Source: Cenarchaeum sp. (lineage in GTDB: Archaea; Thermoproteota; Nitrososphaeria; Nitrososphaerales; Nitrosopumilaceae). Taken from it: a stretch of DNA of 64,000 nucleotides. Shown one piece after another: positions 19,858-31,300 of the stretch. Under the pieces are notes generated by a model. It ran no database searches, was not told where the DNA came from, and saw only the letters and a list, made by a program, of their open reading frames with translations. Location: assembly GCA_965212015.1 (NCBI GenBank), contig OZ243037.1, positions 256,001-320,000 on the forward strand, given 5' to 3'. The first letter of the stretch is position 1. The number at the start of each line of letters is the position of its first letter. The translations under genes were made by a program, and so were the position numbers.

Positions 19858-20139
19858 CTATTTCATGTCTACTGACATTCTGCTCATGTTTAGGACCTCA
19901 AACTCGCTTACGCCGTCGACTGAACGTACGGCCTTTTCTAGCGAGTCCATCTGTCCTTCCTTGTCGCCTAGGACAAACTCTGCCTTTATGAAGTGAAGCC
20001 CGAATGCCAGCGGCTCCTTTTGGTGCCGCCTGATCGTTATGCCGTCCTTGAGGGCGCCTTTTATGTTCTCGGCCACCCTGTCCAGATCTATCTCTGTTCC
20101 GGTAGGAAGGATCTTTACTACCAGTAATAACTGCGCCAT
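19858..20139 (-). CDS. ef1b: Translation elongation factor 1-beta
   Basis: EPLAFGL motif, 93 aa, adjacent to a Zn-ribbon gene. Confidence 0.93.
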   Translation of the reverse strand: MAQLLLVVKILPTGTEIDLDRVAENIKGALKDGITIRRHQKEPLAFGLHFIKAEFVLGDKEGQMDSLEKAVRSVDGVSEFEVLNMSRMSVDMK

Positions 20140-20140
20140 T

Positions 20141-20320
20141 TTATGGCCCCGTAAAGCTGCACGAATCGCACGTATAGTTTCTGGCAGCCTCCCTGCAGCT
20201 CTGGCACCTCCAGATCAGCACGGAATCGCAATTGGGACAGTTGAATTTTACGCACTTGTCGTTGGGCATTATGTGTCTGTTGCAACAGCTGCAAACCGGA
20301 AGCGATATGGCAGATGACAT
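20141..20320 (-). CDS. Small zinc-ribbon protein (DUF1610/HVO_2753-like), not in ORF track
   Basis: Hand translation, 59 aa: [59 protein letters not shown]; four CxxC; usual archaeal neighbour of EF-1beta. Confidence 0.92.
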   Translation of the reverse strand: MSSAISLPVCSCCNRHIMPNDKCVKFNCPNCDSVLIWRCQSCREAARNYTCDSCSFTGP

Positions 20321-20728
20321 GTATCACGATTCGGCTATGAACCGAATTTATATCTTGCTTGCTGTAATCTGGCTAATATCGATCAAAAACCACCCGGATT
20401 TGAAGGCCATGTCCAAAACCGGCACTAATCAGATGTCTCGTGCAGTATCAACCCTGTAGGGTTCGGCCCACATCTGTTTCAGATACGGGGGATTCTACGG
20501 GAAATGGCGGAATTCGGGGAACGGCAAACCTCAAAACAACCGGGCATTCCCACATGCTGTACTAGTGTGTGACCTAAAATGTGGTCTTAAAAACCCCGAG
20601 AAAACCGAACAACTGTCCGAATCATAAATGCGCATCACCTGCATGCCATAACAGCGAACCGAGAATTCTGGCTGATTATGGCCGGATTCGCATAATAACT
20701 TATAACAATCCTGGTGGTACATAACCTG

Positions 20729-22660
20729 ATGCGTCGCTCCTATTACTCTGATGGCATTTGCAAATTTCTGGATTCAGACAGCAATGAAATACTGACAGAA
20801 CTGCGTGAGAATGACATGTTTGAACCGGATAGAAATCAAGAGCAGGCATGGAAAAAACAGATCGAGATATTGAAAAGCCAGCTCCATGATCTAGAATCAG
20901 GACATATACTATTCGAATACACCATACCCAGAATGGGCAAGAGAGTAGACACTATTCTGATCTATGATGATTTTGTATTTGTTATGGAATTCAAGGTCAA
21001 CAAGACCGTATATCAGAAACAAGACGAGGATCAATGCATTGATTATGCACAGGATTTGAAGAATTTTCATGAGGAGAGCCATTGTGCCTCCATAATACCA
21101 ATTCTGGTTTCAACAAAGGCAAAAACAAAAGACAGCACAAAGATAACAAAATGCACAAATGGAGTATACGATATTGCATATGCAAATAAAGACAATATAA
21201 TCAAGGTCATCAAACACGTATGTGATAAGACTTCTGACTGTCAGATAATGCCCTCAAAGTGGGAAAAATCAGCATACCATCCCACGCCGACAATTACAGA
21301 AGCGGCAATGGCACTGTGCAGTAATATTTCAGGTCTTGAGGACATAACCAGATCTGATAAAAATACGAGAAATCTGGGCATTACCACTGATAGAATTTGT
21401 AAGATAATAGAACATTCAAAAAATTCTGGCTTGAAATCCATATGTTTTGTTACGGGTGTTCCTGGATCTGGCAAGACACTTGCCGGACTCAATATCGTTT
21501 GTGGTACGCAGAATAAAAAAAATAAACATGCCGTACTGTTGTCAGGTAATAGTGCACTTGTGGATGTGCTAAAGGAATCACTTGAAAAAGGCGGAGGTTG
21601 TTTAGAAAAATATGGAGGATCTGCGGCGGCTGCTCTCATACAACACATCTCAAAATTTCGGGACACAGCATTTGGAGTTAAAGCACCTTTGGAGAATATT
21701 ATTGTGTTCGATGAGGCTCAAAGGGCATGGTCTGCAAAAAAACTATCCAAAAACAACAGGAACAAGAATCGAAATGATTCAAAAATGTCTGATCCGGAAT
21801 TACTGATCAACTCAATGAACAAACATAATGGCTGGGCAGTCATGGTATGTCTTATAGGTGAAGGCCAAGAAATTTATGATGGAGAGGTTGGACTTGCAGG
21901 CTGGCTTGATGCGATAAAAAAATATCCAAAATGGCATGCATATCACCCAAAAGAATTGGAAAGCATTGAATACATCGATGAGAATGCGTCAACCGTACTA
22001 GATGGCATAACACACACGAGATATCCTGAACTGCATCTTGACACATCCATCCGATCCTTTAGGGGTGAAAATCTTGCGATGTTGGTCAAGAGAATTCTGG
22101 ACTGTGATGTTGACGGTGCACGCAAGACACTGGAAAGTTTGGAGAATTATCCAATCGTCATAACACGTGACATAAACAAGGCAAAGCAATGGATGAGAGA
22201 TCAAGCTAAAGGCACGGCACGATTTGGAATTATAGCAAGCTCTGGTGCGGAAAGGCTAAAACCGTACGGCATATACGTAAGAAATCCCATCAAGCCTACA
22301 AAATGGTTCCTTGCAGACAAGGAAGACATGCGATCCTCGTATTATTTGGAGGATGTCGGAACGGAATTCTACATACAGGGATTGGAGCTTGATTGGGCGT
22401 GTCTTGCGTGGGATGCAAACTTGAGATATGAAAATGGAAAATGGTCGCACCACAAGTTCTTTGGAAATAATTGGAGATCCATTCGACAGGAGAGAGAACG
22501 CACTTATTTGCTCAATTCGTATCGTGTACTATTGACTAGGGCCAGACAGGGCATGGTCATCTTTGTACCTAAAGGTGATAAAACAGACAAGACCAGAGAT
22601 CCAGAGTTTTATGACGGTACGTACGCGTATCTCAAAGACATAGGACTGGAAGAAATTTAG
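20729..22660 (+). CDS. DUF2075 (Schlafen group 3-like helicase) protein with N-terminal nuclease-like region
   Basis: EYTIPRMGKRVD...VMEFK (PD-(D/E)xK-like), Walker A GVPGSGKT, VFDEAQRAW, QGLELDW, YRVLLTRARQG. Confidence 0.88.
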   Translation: MRRSYYSDGICKFLDSDSNEILTELRENDMFEPDRNQEQAWKKQIEILKSQLHDLESGHILFEYTIPRMGKRVDTILIYDDFVFVMEFKVNKTVYQKQDEDQCIDYAQDLKNFHEESHCASIIPILVSTKAKTKDSTKITKCTNGVYDIAYANKDNIIKVIKHVCDKTSDCQIMPSKWEKSAYHPTPTITEAAMALCSNISGLEDITRSDKNTRNLGITTDRICKIIEHSKNSGLKSICFVTGVPGSGKTLAGLNIVCGTQNKKNKHAVLLSGNSALVDVLKESLEKGGGCLEKYGGSAAAALIQHISKFRDTAFGVKAPLENIIVFDEAQRAWSAKKLSKNNRNKNRNDSKMSDPELLINSMNKHNGWAVMVCLIGEGQEIYDGEVGLAGWLDAIKKYPKWHAYHPKELESIEYIDENASTVLDGITHTRYPELHLDTSIRSFRGENLAMLVKRILDCDVDGARKTLESLENYPIVITRDINKAKQWMRDQAKGTARFGIIASSGAERLKPYGIYVRNPIKPTKWFLADKEDMRSSYYLEDVGTEFYIQGLELDWACLAWDANLRYENGKWSHHKFFGNNWRSIRQERERTYLLNSYRVLLTRARQGMVIFVPKGDKTDKTRDPEFYDGTYAYLKDIGLEEI

Positions 22661-22754
22661 GGCGAATCCGAACATGCAGATCGTGTGAAAAATCTAGAAT
22701 AAGATTGGCAATCTCGAATTGATTTTTTACTGTCTAGATGAATTCCTCAAAACT

Positions 22755-23738
22755 TCAAAGCGATTCTGTCAGATATTTCTGCACTCCGTCCTTGCCTGAA
22801 CCGTATTTTTTCTCAAAATCTGTAGCAAGTCTGGATATGCACTTGGATATCTCATCATCAATAGAGTGATTCTTGAGTATCTTTGATGCCACATCGTCCA
22901 CCCATTTGAGAACCTTTACGTGATAGTTTTTCTCCTCGCTAACAAAATCCCACAGTTCACGCCCTATCAACAGCCTTTTCTCCCAGTCCGTCATGTATTT
23001 CTTGACCAGTCCTATTGATACCGTGTTGAGGCCACGCTTGCCATATGTGATTCCTAGCCGGGCAAATTGGTTCTTTTTTTTCTCGGTTTCATCGAATTTT
23101 TGATTAAACCTGTCGATCTGATCCTTGTTGACGTTGTTTGGGCCGCTTTTAACCTGTATCCAATATGTGGAATCACCGATCTCCTTTACGATATCATACC
23201 ATTCCCCCCGCTCTCCCATGCGGGCGCCACTGTTGCCGATCATGTATTCCAGGGACATTCCCATGGAGGTAACGATGGAACGGGTAACGGCCTGATAAAC
23301 GTTGAATCTGATCACCTCCTCTGGAACCTGTAGGTTCAACGCCCGGATTAGAAACGGATTCATGTTTATCTCGCTTAGCGACAAACTGTTCATGTTGTGC
23401 AAAAACTTGTGAATTATCCTGTGCATGGTGAATCTTATCCAATTCTCCGGAAGGGACGAATTTGGATTGATATGCTCTTTGATTTTCTCTGCCATTTTTC
23501 GTTCGTTATCACGAAGTGTTATCTCTGTCTTGTCGCCACTGCGTATGAATTTGGCAGTTTTGAAATCGGTATTTTTGAAGGCTTTCAGGGTGGAGAATTG
23601 TGATGCCAGAATTTCAGCTTTTTTGCCGAAATTGCCTTCTTTTTTTAGCAATACGGTTAGAAAATGAAAGACTTCGGAATCTGGCAACACCAAGTCGTAA
23701 TCGCTTTCAATATTAAGTATTTTCATAATGATCGGCAC
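22755..23738 (-). CDS. Type II restriction endonuclease, EcoO109I/PmeII-like
   Basis: RSIVTSMG..LE, YD...WIQVKSGPNNVN, GRELWDFVS; co-oriented downstream of a C5 MTase. Confidence 0.8.
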   Translation of the reverse strand: MPIIMKILNIESDYDLVLPDSEVFHFLTVLLKKEGNFGKKAEILASQFSTLKAFKNTDFKTAKFIRSGDKTEITLRDNERKMAEKIKEHINPNSSLPENWIRFTMHRIIHKFLHNMNSLSLSEINMNPFLIRALNLQVPEEVIRFNVYQAVTRSIVTSMGMSLEYMIGNSGARMGERGEWYDIVKEIGDSTYWIQVKSGPNNVNKDQIDRFNQKFDETEKKKNQFARLGITYGKRGLNTVSIGLVKKYMTDWEKRLLIGRELWDFVSEEKNYHVKVLKWVDDVASKILKNHSIDDEISKCISRLATDFEKKYGSGKDGVQKYLTESL

Positions 23739-23835
23739 AAATCACATGTTGATGTGCCGTGTCTTCCAGCATGGCTTGATTTCTGTTAATATCTGCCCAA
23801 ATTGCTGTGTGTATGAGTAGAAAAAATTACAAACT

Positions 23836-25020
23836 TTAAATGAATTTTTTTATCGCAGCGGCAATTGTCCTTGCTAGTTCTATTGGGACTGCCTCGCCAA
23901 TCATCCGGTATTTCTGGGTGACGGATCCTACAAACTTCCAGTTGTCTGGAAATCCTTGCAGTCTTGCATATTCTTTAACTGATAGTGGGCGAAGTTCATC
24001 CGGATGACAAATACAGCTTCCAAGCTGTGCCGGCGATGTAATCAATGTTGGAGCCGGTGCGTCCCATGACAATCTGCGGTAAAATCCACGTCGTCCTCCC
24101 TGCTTGCCTTTTTTTCTTGGATCTGACGAGTCCGCAGCACCCCCCATTGCTTCTCTTTTGAGGCGTTCCGGCAAGTCAATCCAGCAACCTCCTGCCGGGA
24201 CATATTTTAGATATTTTCCCCATTTTGGAAAATTGATGTGTTCTTTTTCGCGATCATCTAGTCCAACCAATGCATCCCGCAAAGTTCTCCACGGCTTTTT
24301 ACCAATCACTTTGGTATTTTTTGGATCTGCAAACTTTGCCTTTTTTTCAATCTCCTCAAAGATCAATTCGGGATCCGCCACTCTGGATCCTATGAGCACA
24401 AGCCTCTTTCTTTTTTGCGGAACTCCATAATCTGCGGCATTTAGCAGCTTCCATTTTATTTTATAGCCGCTCACTTTTTCAAACTCGTCTATAATCTCCT
24501 CAAAAAGCGAGCCGTATTTTTGTGATTTGGTAATCTTTTTTCCAGAATCTGACATTCTGTCATAGAATGAGACGTGTTTTTTGGCAGCCGATACAAGACC
24601 CGGTACGTTCTCAAAGACAAAGAATTTGGGTTTTATGTCGTTTATTATTCGAATGTACTGCAAGAGGGCAAAGCCGCGCTTGTCCTTGAAGCCTCGTCTT
24701 TTTCCGGCAGTAGAAAACGACTGGCACGGCGGACCGCCTATGATGATGTCCACCTCTCCTTTCTTCATGGATGCCTTTTGGAGTATGTCTGATGATCCTA
24801 TGTTCGTTATGTCTCCCTCATCGCATGATATGCGTGGCCTGTTCTCCCTTATTGTGTTGCAGGCAAATTTTGTAATATCGTTGGCGTATTTTGTGGAAAA
24901 ACCGGCCTTTTCAAACCCCAGATCTAGGCCCATTCCGCAAGTAAAGAGCGATATTATTGTGGGTTGAATTATCTGCTGTTTTTGTTGTTTATGAGCAGGG
25001 CGGATTTTTTGTCTGTACAT
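23836..25020 (-). CDS. DNA (cytosine-5) methyltransferase, probable partner of the adjacent REase
   Basis: SLFTCGMG, GGPPCQSFS, FENVPG, PQKRKR, RLQGFPD. Confidence 0.95.
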   Translation of the reverse strand: MYRQKIRPAHKQQKQQIIQPTIISLFTCGMGLDLGFEKAGFSTKYANDITKFACNTIRENRPRISCDEGDITNIGSSDILQKASMKKGEVDIIIGGPPCQSFSTAGKRRGFKDKRGFALLQYIRIINDIKPKFFVFENVPGLVSAAKKHVSFYDRMSDSGKKITKSQKYGSLFEEIIDEFEKVSGYKIKWKLLNAADYGVPQKRKRLVLIGSRVADPELIFEEIEKKAKFADPKNTKVIGKKPWRTLRDALVGLDDREKEHINFPKWGKYLKYVPAGGCWIDLPERLKREAMGGAADSSDPRKKGKQGGRRGFYRRLSWDAPAPTLITSPAQLGSCICHPDELRPLSVKEYARLQGFPDNWKFVGSVTQKYRMIGEAVPIELARTIAAAIKKFI

Positions 25021-25135
25021 CGTATACGATCAATCCTTGTGAAATAAAAGTATTAATGTTGCTGGTTATATTGTAATAACCTTATAAGGATCTTAACCAT
25101 TATATCTACTAAAAAACATGATAAAGTGTATTTAA

Positions 25136-25360
25136 ATGAAATTCGATCAAAAAGGAAGACGAATAAAAGAGAAAATACACTATGCCGAAAAACTGAATTC
25201 AGGTGATATTGTAGCTGATTTGGAATCCAGATATGCGGGAATCGCAGATTCGGCCATAGAGGTGGTTTTTGAAATGGCTAATAAGGACGAGATCGAGGAG
25301 ATTCATGCGGTTTTACGTGAGATACAGCCATATTCCTCAAAAATTAACACATTTATCTGA
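25136..25360 (+). CDS. Small hypothetical protein upstream of the DISARM-like block
   Basis: 74-aa ATG ORF after an AT-rich divergent promoter region, 16 bp before the large helicase ORF. Confidence 0.55.
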   Translation: MKFDQKGRRIKEKIHYAEKLNSGDIVADLESRYAGIADSAIEVVFEMANKDEIEEIHAVLREIQPYSSKINTFI

Positions 25361-25376
25361 TCACTGTGTTTGATAT

Positions 25377-28300
25377 GTGTTGATTAGAACACATCTTGTG
25401 AAAGCCCTTTATAGCGATCTTCTTGGCCCAAAAGGTGGAAATAAAGAACGCTTTGAAGAACCATTTTTAAACTATGAATTAGGTATTTTGAATTCATCAT
25501 TTTCTTTGAAATCTGATATTGAACAAATAATTTTAGATTCTGAGATAAACTCAGATCCTGCAGAAATTAATTATGAAGAATTAGATTCGCCAAAGATTGA
25601 GAATACTCAAAATTCAGATAACATACGTCAAGACATTGATACTGAACTTAATCTTAAATCTGGTGCTTTATCACTTGGCCTCTCATTTGTTGTAGAAGGT
25701 GATAATCCAAAATTGAAAATATGTGGTACATGGGCCAGATATTTACAGGATAAACAGATTAATAATACTGGCAGGATATTTAATCGATATCCTAATTTTT
25801 TTGTAACTGAATATGATGTAAAAAATTCTCAATCTCGAATAATAAAAGAATTAAAAACTGGTGTGGATGGAAGTAATATAACACATCCAGGTGTTGTTCT
25901 TCATATTTTCAAAAAAGAAATAAAAAACACTAAATGGATTATCAAAATTTTCTTAGAAAATAAGACAAAATATGATACAGAAAAAAATCAAACTGAAAAA
26001 GATAGGATCTTTCAACCTCAAATTAGAGTGAGATTATACAATTCCAAACTAGTTGATCTGGATTCAGATCACCAATTTGATCATAGAAATTATGATAGTG
26101 ATGATTTACTTTATCTGAATTATAGAACAAAAGCTAGGGGTTATCTTTGTGCAGCGGTTTGGGACGAAATTGATCCAGAAAAAGATCAACAAAGTGAAAT
26201 TGGAAAAATGACATGGCCAGATTCTTTATCTGTGCCGGAGAATATTAGAAACACATTCATTAATCCTAGTGTCAGAACCGAATACCTTCCATTATATACT
26301 ATATTGCAACCTGATCAAAAGAATAAATCTACTTTTAGCGCATCAGTATTATCAGAATCATGGAATATTGAAGATATTGATGATCATTTACGATCAATAC
26401 CACAAAATTACAATAATTGGATAGAATCACAAAAAACAATTTTAATGAAAAATAAAAATTTAGGATTAATTGATAAGAAATTAAAATCAATTGGTGACAA
26501 CAACCTTCAACATTGTCTTGATATAAAAAATCGAATTGATGAGGGTATAGATTTTTTACAAACTAATGAAAAGGCTAGAGCAGCATTCTGTTTTATGAAT
26601 GTAGTAATGAATGATAAACGACTTTATGATGAAAATAAATCTTTGGATTGGAAAGAATTCCAAATGGCATTTATTTTACAGAGTCTAAAAGGTGTAAGTG
26701 GTGTATCAGAAATTGATCGAGAGGTCGCAGATGTTCTCTGGTTTCCAACAGGTGGAGGGAAAACAGAGGCATATTTGGGAATTGTAATCTTTGCCATAGC
26801 ATACAGAAGATTAACATCACGTGGCAAATTGAGTAATGATGGTGGCGTATCGGTAATCTCTAGATATACGTTAAGACTACTCACAATCCAACAATTTCAA
26901 CGTGCATTGGGGGCGCTCATCGCTGCGGATATACGGAGAGTCGAAAATTGGCTGCCAAAAGATGCCAAGGGTGGATCTAGAAAAATCTCAGATCCATACA
27001 TGCTTAAACGATTTGAAGGCGGTAAATTGTGGGGAAATCAACGCTTTTCAATTGGAATGTGGATCGGCAGTGAAACTACTCCCAAGGATTTTTGCTATGC
27101 AACTGGAAAAAAAGGCAAAATATTTCTTAACTGTGAAGGTGCATTATTACCGCAGTGGGATAAAAGAAGAAAATTTACATCAGACAGAGGAGGAGATCCG
27201 GCACAAATACAGACATGTCCTGTTTGTAAAAATATACTGTGTCTTTCCAAAGAACAAAAAAGTAGTGGAACCAAAACTTTAACCTGGATAATTAATTCTC
27301 CAAAATCATTAGATGATCTAAAAAATATTCCAAAAAAAGAATTTGAAAATTCTAGAATGACTCTTGAAAAAAATCCTATATTTGATTTCATCTGTGATTC
27401 ATCAACAGATAAGCATTATTATCGATTAACCATGGAAATTTCATCTAAGAGAAGTATCGATAGACAATCAGTTGATTTGTGGTGGAGATCATTTGTCAAA
27501 CCACAATTGGATCCTAATATTGATAATGAACCATTGGAGTCTACAGCTCCATCAATGCCAGGGTATTTTTTCTTGCAGATTCCTGGTTCCAGACGACCTC
27601 ATGATTTTGCGATTTTTTGTACTCATAAAGAATGCAAGCTAAACAATACAAAATGGTTTGAAAAAATTGAAGGAAAATATAATGCAATAATTCCAGAACC
27701 ATTTCAAATTATTGATTCACCTGGAATCTCTAGATCAGTTCCAATCTCTGCATTTACTTCTGATGAACAAATATATTTCCAATGTCCTAGTTTATTAATA
27801 GCTACTGTAGATAAATTTGCCAATCTTCCTTTTGAACCAAAATGCTCTTCACTTTTTGGAAATGTTGATGTAGTTCATCCTTGGTATGGTTATGGTAGAC
27901 GTATTACTTTTGAAACACCAATACAACAAAGAAGCAGTAATCGACGAATTCAAACTGAATTTTCCGATCTGAAAGATATTGCCGGATTTAATCCTCCATC
28001 ATTAATCTTACAGGATGAATTACACTTGATTGAAGGGCCACTTGGAAGTATGGTGGGAATATATGAAATGGCCGTTGATGTTCTTTCTAATGATGGAACT
28101 AGACCAAAATATATTGCATCAAGTGCAACGATCAAAGAATCTAAATCTCAGGTTGGTACAATTTTTAGACGTGATGTTAATGTTTTCCCACCCCTAGGAA
28201 TCAATTCCTCTGATAATTATTTTTCAGAGATTAAAGAAGATATAGGATGTGTTGGTAATAATGCAGGTAGATTGTATCTAGGAATATCTTCAACAAAATC

Positions 28301-31300
28301 TACTGTTACACTTCCAATCAAAGCACAATCGATAATAATGAGTGAGATTTTTAAAATAAAATCAAATCCAGAAGGCTATAATCTAACTGATTATGAAAAA
28401 AATAATTTGGAGGATGCGATTGAACCATATTGGACATTTGTTTCATATTTTACTGATTTACAAATTTTAGCAAAGTTTGAAAATTATTATTCTGAAAATA
28501 TCATTGATTATGTTTCTAAGTGGAGCTCGATAAAAATACCCAATTCTCATTCAAACGCATCTCCTAATTCTGTAAAACCAGGATTAAGGTTTTTTCCTAT
28601 CAAACTTGATCGTAATATAGAAATTTCTAAAATAATAGTTTATTGTACTAATTCTAACGGAAAAATCAAAATTGCATTATATAAAAATGGAGATCCAATA
28701 GGAAATATGATTCACAAATTTGACTATCAAAATTGTAAGATTGGCGAAAATTTGTTTGAATTACCCGATCTTTTTAGTATTAAAAATAATGAAAAAATCT
28801 GGATAGCAATAATTAATGATTCTGAAGACACAATTTTTGAAACAGTTTCTACAAATTATGGTTCTCTTGAAAGTGTAGGTAATGTTCATGAAGATTTTCC
28901 AGATATAATTGAAAATCTAGATAAATTTTCTGGAAATTCAATAAAACTAAGTCTTAATTCTTTTAGGCAATTGCATACAAAAAATAATATTCGATTATCC
29001 AGTGAGACTAAATCTGAAGATCTTGTTAGAAATCTAGACCGACTTAAATCTCGCATGGATGTAGATTCTCTACAAACATCACCAGTTTTTGGAACTGGAA
29101 TAGACATTGATCGTCTGGGTCTGATAGAAATAATGAATCAACCTAAAACAAATTCTGGTTATATCCAATCATCTGGTCGTGTAGGACGAACCAAGCCAGG
29201 ATTGGTGATTAATTGGCTCCGTGCTGGAAGGGCTAGAGATCTAAATCACTATGAAAATTTTATCGGCTATCACAGAATGTTACATAGATTCGTTGAGCCT
29301 GTAACTGCATCACCATTTTCTGATGAGGCAATGAAATTATGTCTTGGCCCAATAATAGTGGCAATTCTACGTAATGCTAGATCCGTCTTAGGTAATCCAA
29401 TCAATACTGGATGGGTTACAGATGCAGGAACGGTTAGAATGGATGAACATAGAAATGATCCGGAAATAATTGCCATTGAAAATATTTTGGAGCAAATTTC
29501 CTCATCAGAATTTATAGCAAAATTTAGAAGAATGCAGAAAATACATTTCAAGAATTTATTTAAAAAATCAAAAGGAAATTGGCATGAAATGGCAAAAGAT
29601 TTGAAGGATAACATCACACCATTATTTACATATGCAGAAAGAAGACCACATGTGACACCATCAAATAATGTGGTACTTGGAACTCCCAATCACACAGATT
29701 TAGGATTAGAAGTCGTGTATGAAGACACTCCAAACTCTTTACGACAAACTGAATCCACATCAACTTTTTTTAAATCAAGTGTAGATACCGTTCAAATTAG
29801 ACCATCACAATTCATAACAAGATATGGTCCGGGTACTCTGATATCTAGAAAAACATCCACTTGGGTAATTCCATCACTTGGAGAATTAGTCTCCAATCTA
29901 AACGGTATAGGAAATTTTGAAGAATCCGATACCTTGGGAAATCGAGAGCTCTATAAATATGAAGTAAAAGATTCAAGAATGAAACGTATCATACGTCGAT
30001 TTAATCCAAAAACAAATTGGGAAAAACTGAGATTTTTCTCCATGCCGACAAATTCTTCACTTACTATAGAAGACATCAAACCAGTATATCGTTGTAATGA
30101 ATTTCCACAATGGGCTATATGTCATAATAAATTACACCCTTCTAAAAAAATCCTATCTAAAACATCTTATGATAACCATATCTTGAGTGTCAAATGTCCA
30201 GAATGTGCTCGATTATCTAGCAATGCGTATAGTACTGAATTTTACAGTGTTCGATATGTACTGGCCTGCAAAAATGGCCACTTAGGAGATCTCAAATGGG
30301 AGTTTGAAATTCATCGATCGACGAATTCTAAATGTTCTGGGGATGTATTCGAATGGATTACATCTGAAAATAATGATAATGTGGAAATTATATGTTTAGG
30401 ACATTGGGATAAAAATAACAATTCTTTTATTTCTAGTAATTGTCATGCTCGCACTACATATTTTGATCTTAAAATAAAATCAAAAAATGGACAGCTTGAT
30501 TGTACTGCACAATTTGCCGAATCAGGTAATGATCCTAATGGATGTGATAGGATCAATGGAATATCACAAGCAAAAATGGTAAGCAAGACTCAGATGAGTA
30601 TAAGAATGCCAGTTATAATGACCACGATGGAAATTCAAAGATATAAAGGAATTCTTTTTGAACTCTATGAACCACTGATATTGGTAATTAAAACACTTTT
30701 TAAATCAACAAATTACACGAAGGAAGATTTTATAAAATATTTGGAAGAAGAAAAAGAAGATGGAACAAAGGGAATTACCAATAATATGATCAGACAAACT
30801 CGCACTGCAACAGATTCAGTTTTTTATGATGTAATTAAGGAAATTATAAAATTTGCTAGAACTAAAGACTCAAAACACGGATCATTATCGGAATATCAAT
30901 CATTAGAAGAAGAATTATTAAGCTTGGAAAATCAAACTCGTGATAATGGTACGGTTGTTCAAGTTGGGCCGGATGATCCTCCTACGGATATTCGATTTCC
31001 AATCTCATTTTCTGCTTCGGGAATAAATTTTGAAGCTATGCCATTTGGGGACATAAAAGTAACACAAATTCAATCTGGATATACTAGAGAAATTTCTCCA
31101 CCCATAATCGAAAATTCTCAAGAGCTCGCTGACGAACAAAACGATGGACGACGAATAGGTAATTTTGTTTCTTTTTCTGCAAAATTTACTGATGAAAATG
31201 ATAATACTTGGTATCTAGCAAATCAATTAAAAGGAGAAGGTATATTCATTCATCTTGATCCAGAACATCACAAAAATGCAATGGATATCTTTAATAATTT

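Noticed and set aside
28520-28985. Intein in the helicase
   Set aside because: No HN-C/S/T C-terminal splice junction or LAGLIDADG motif at the insertion.
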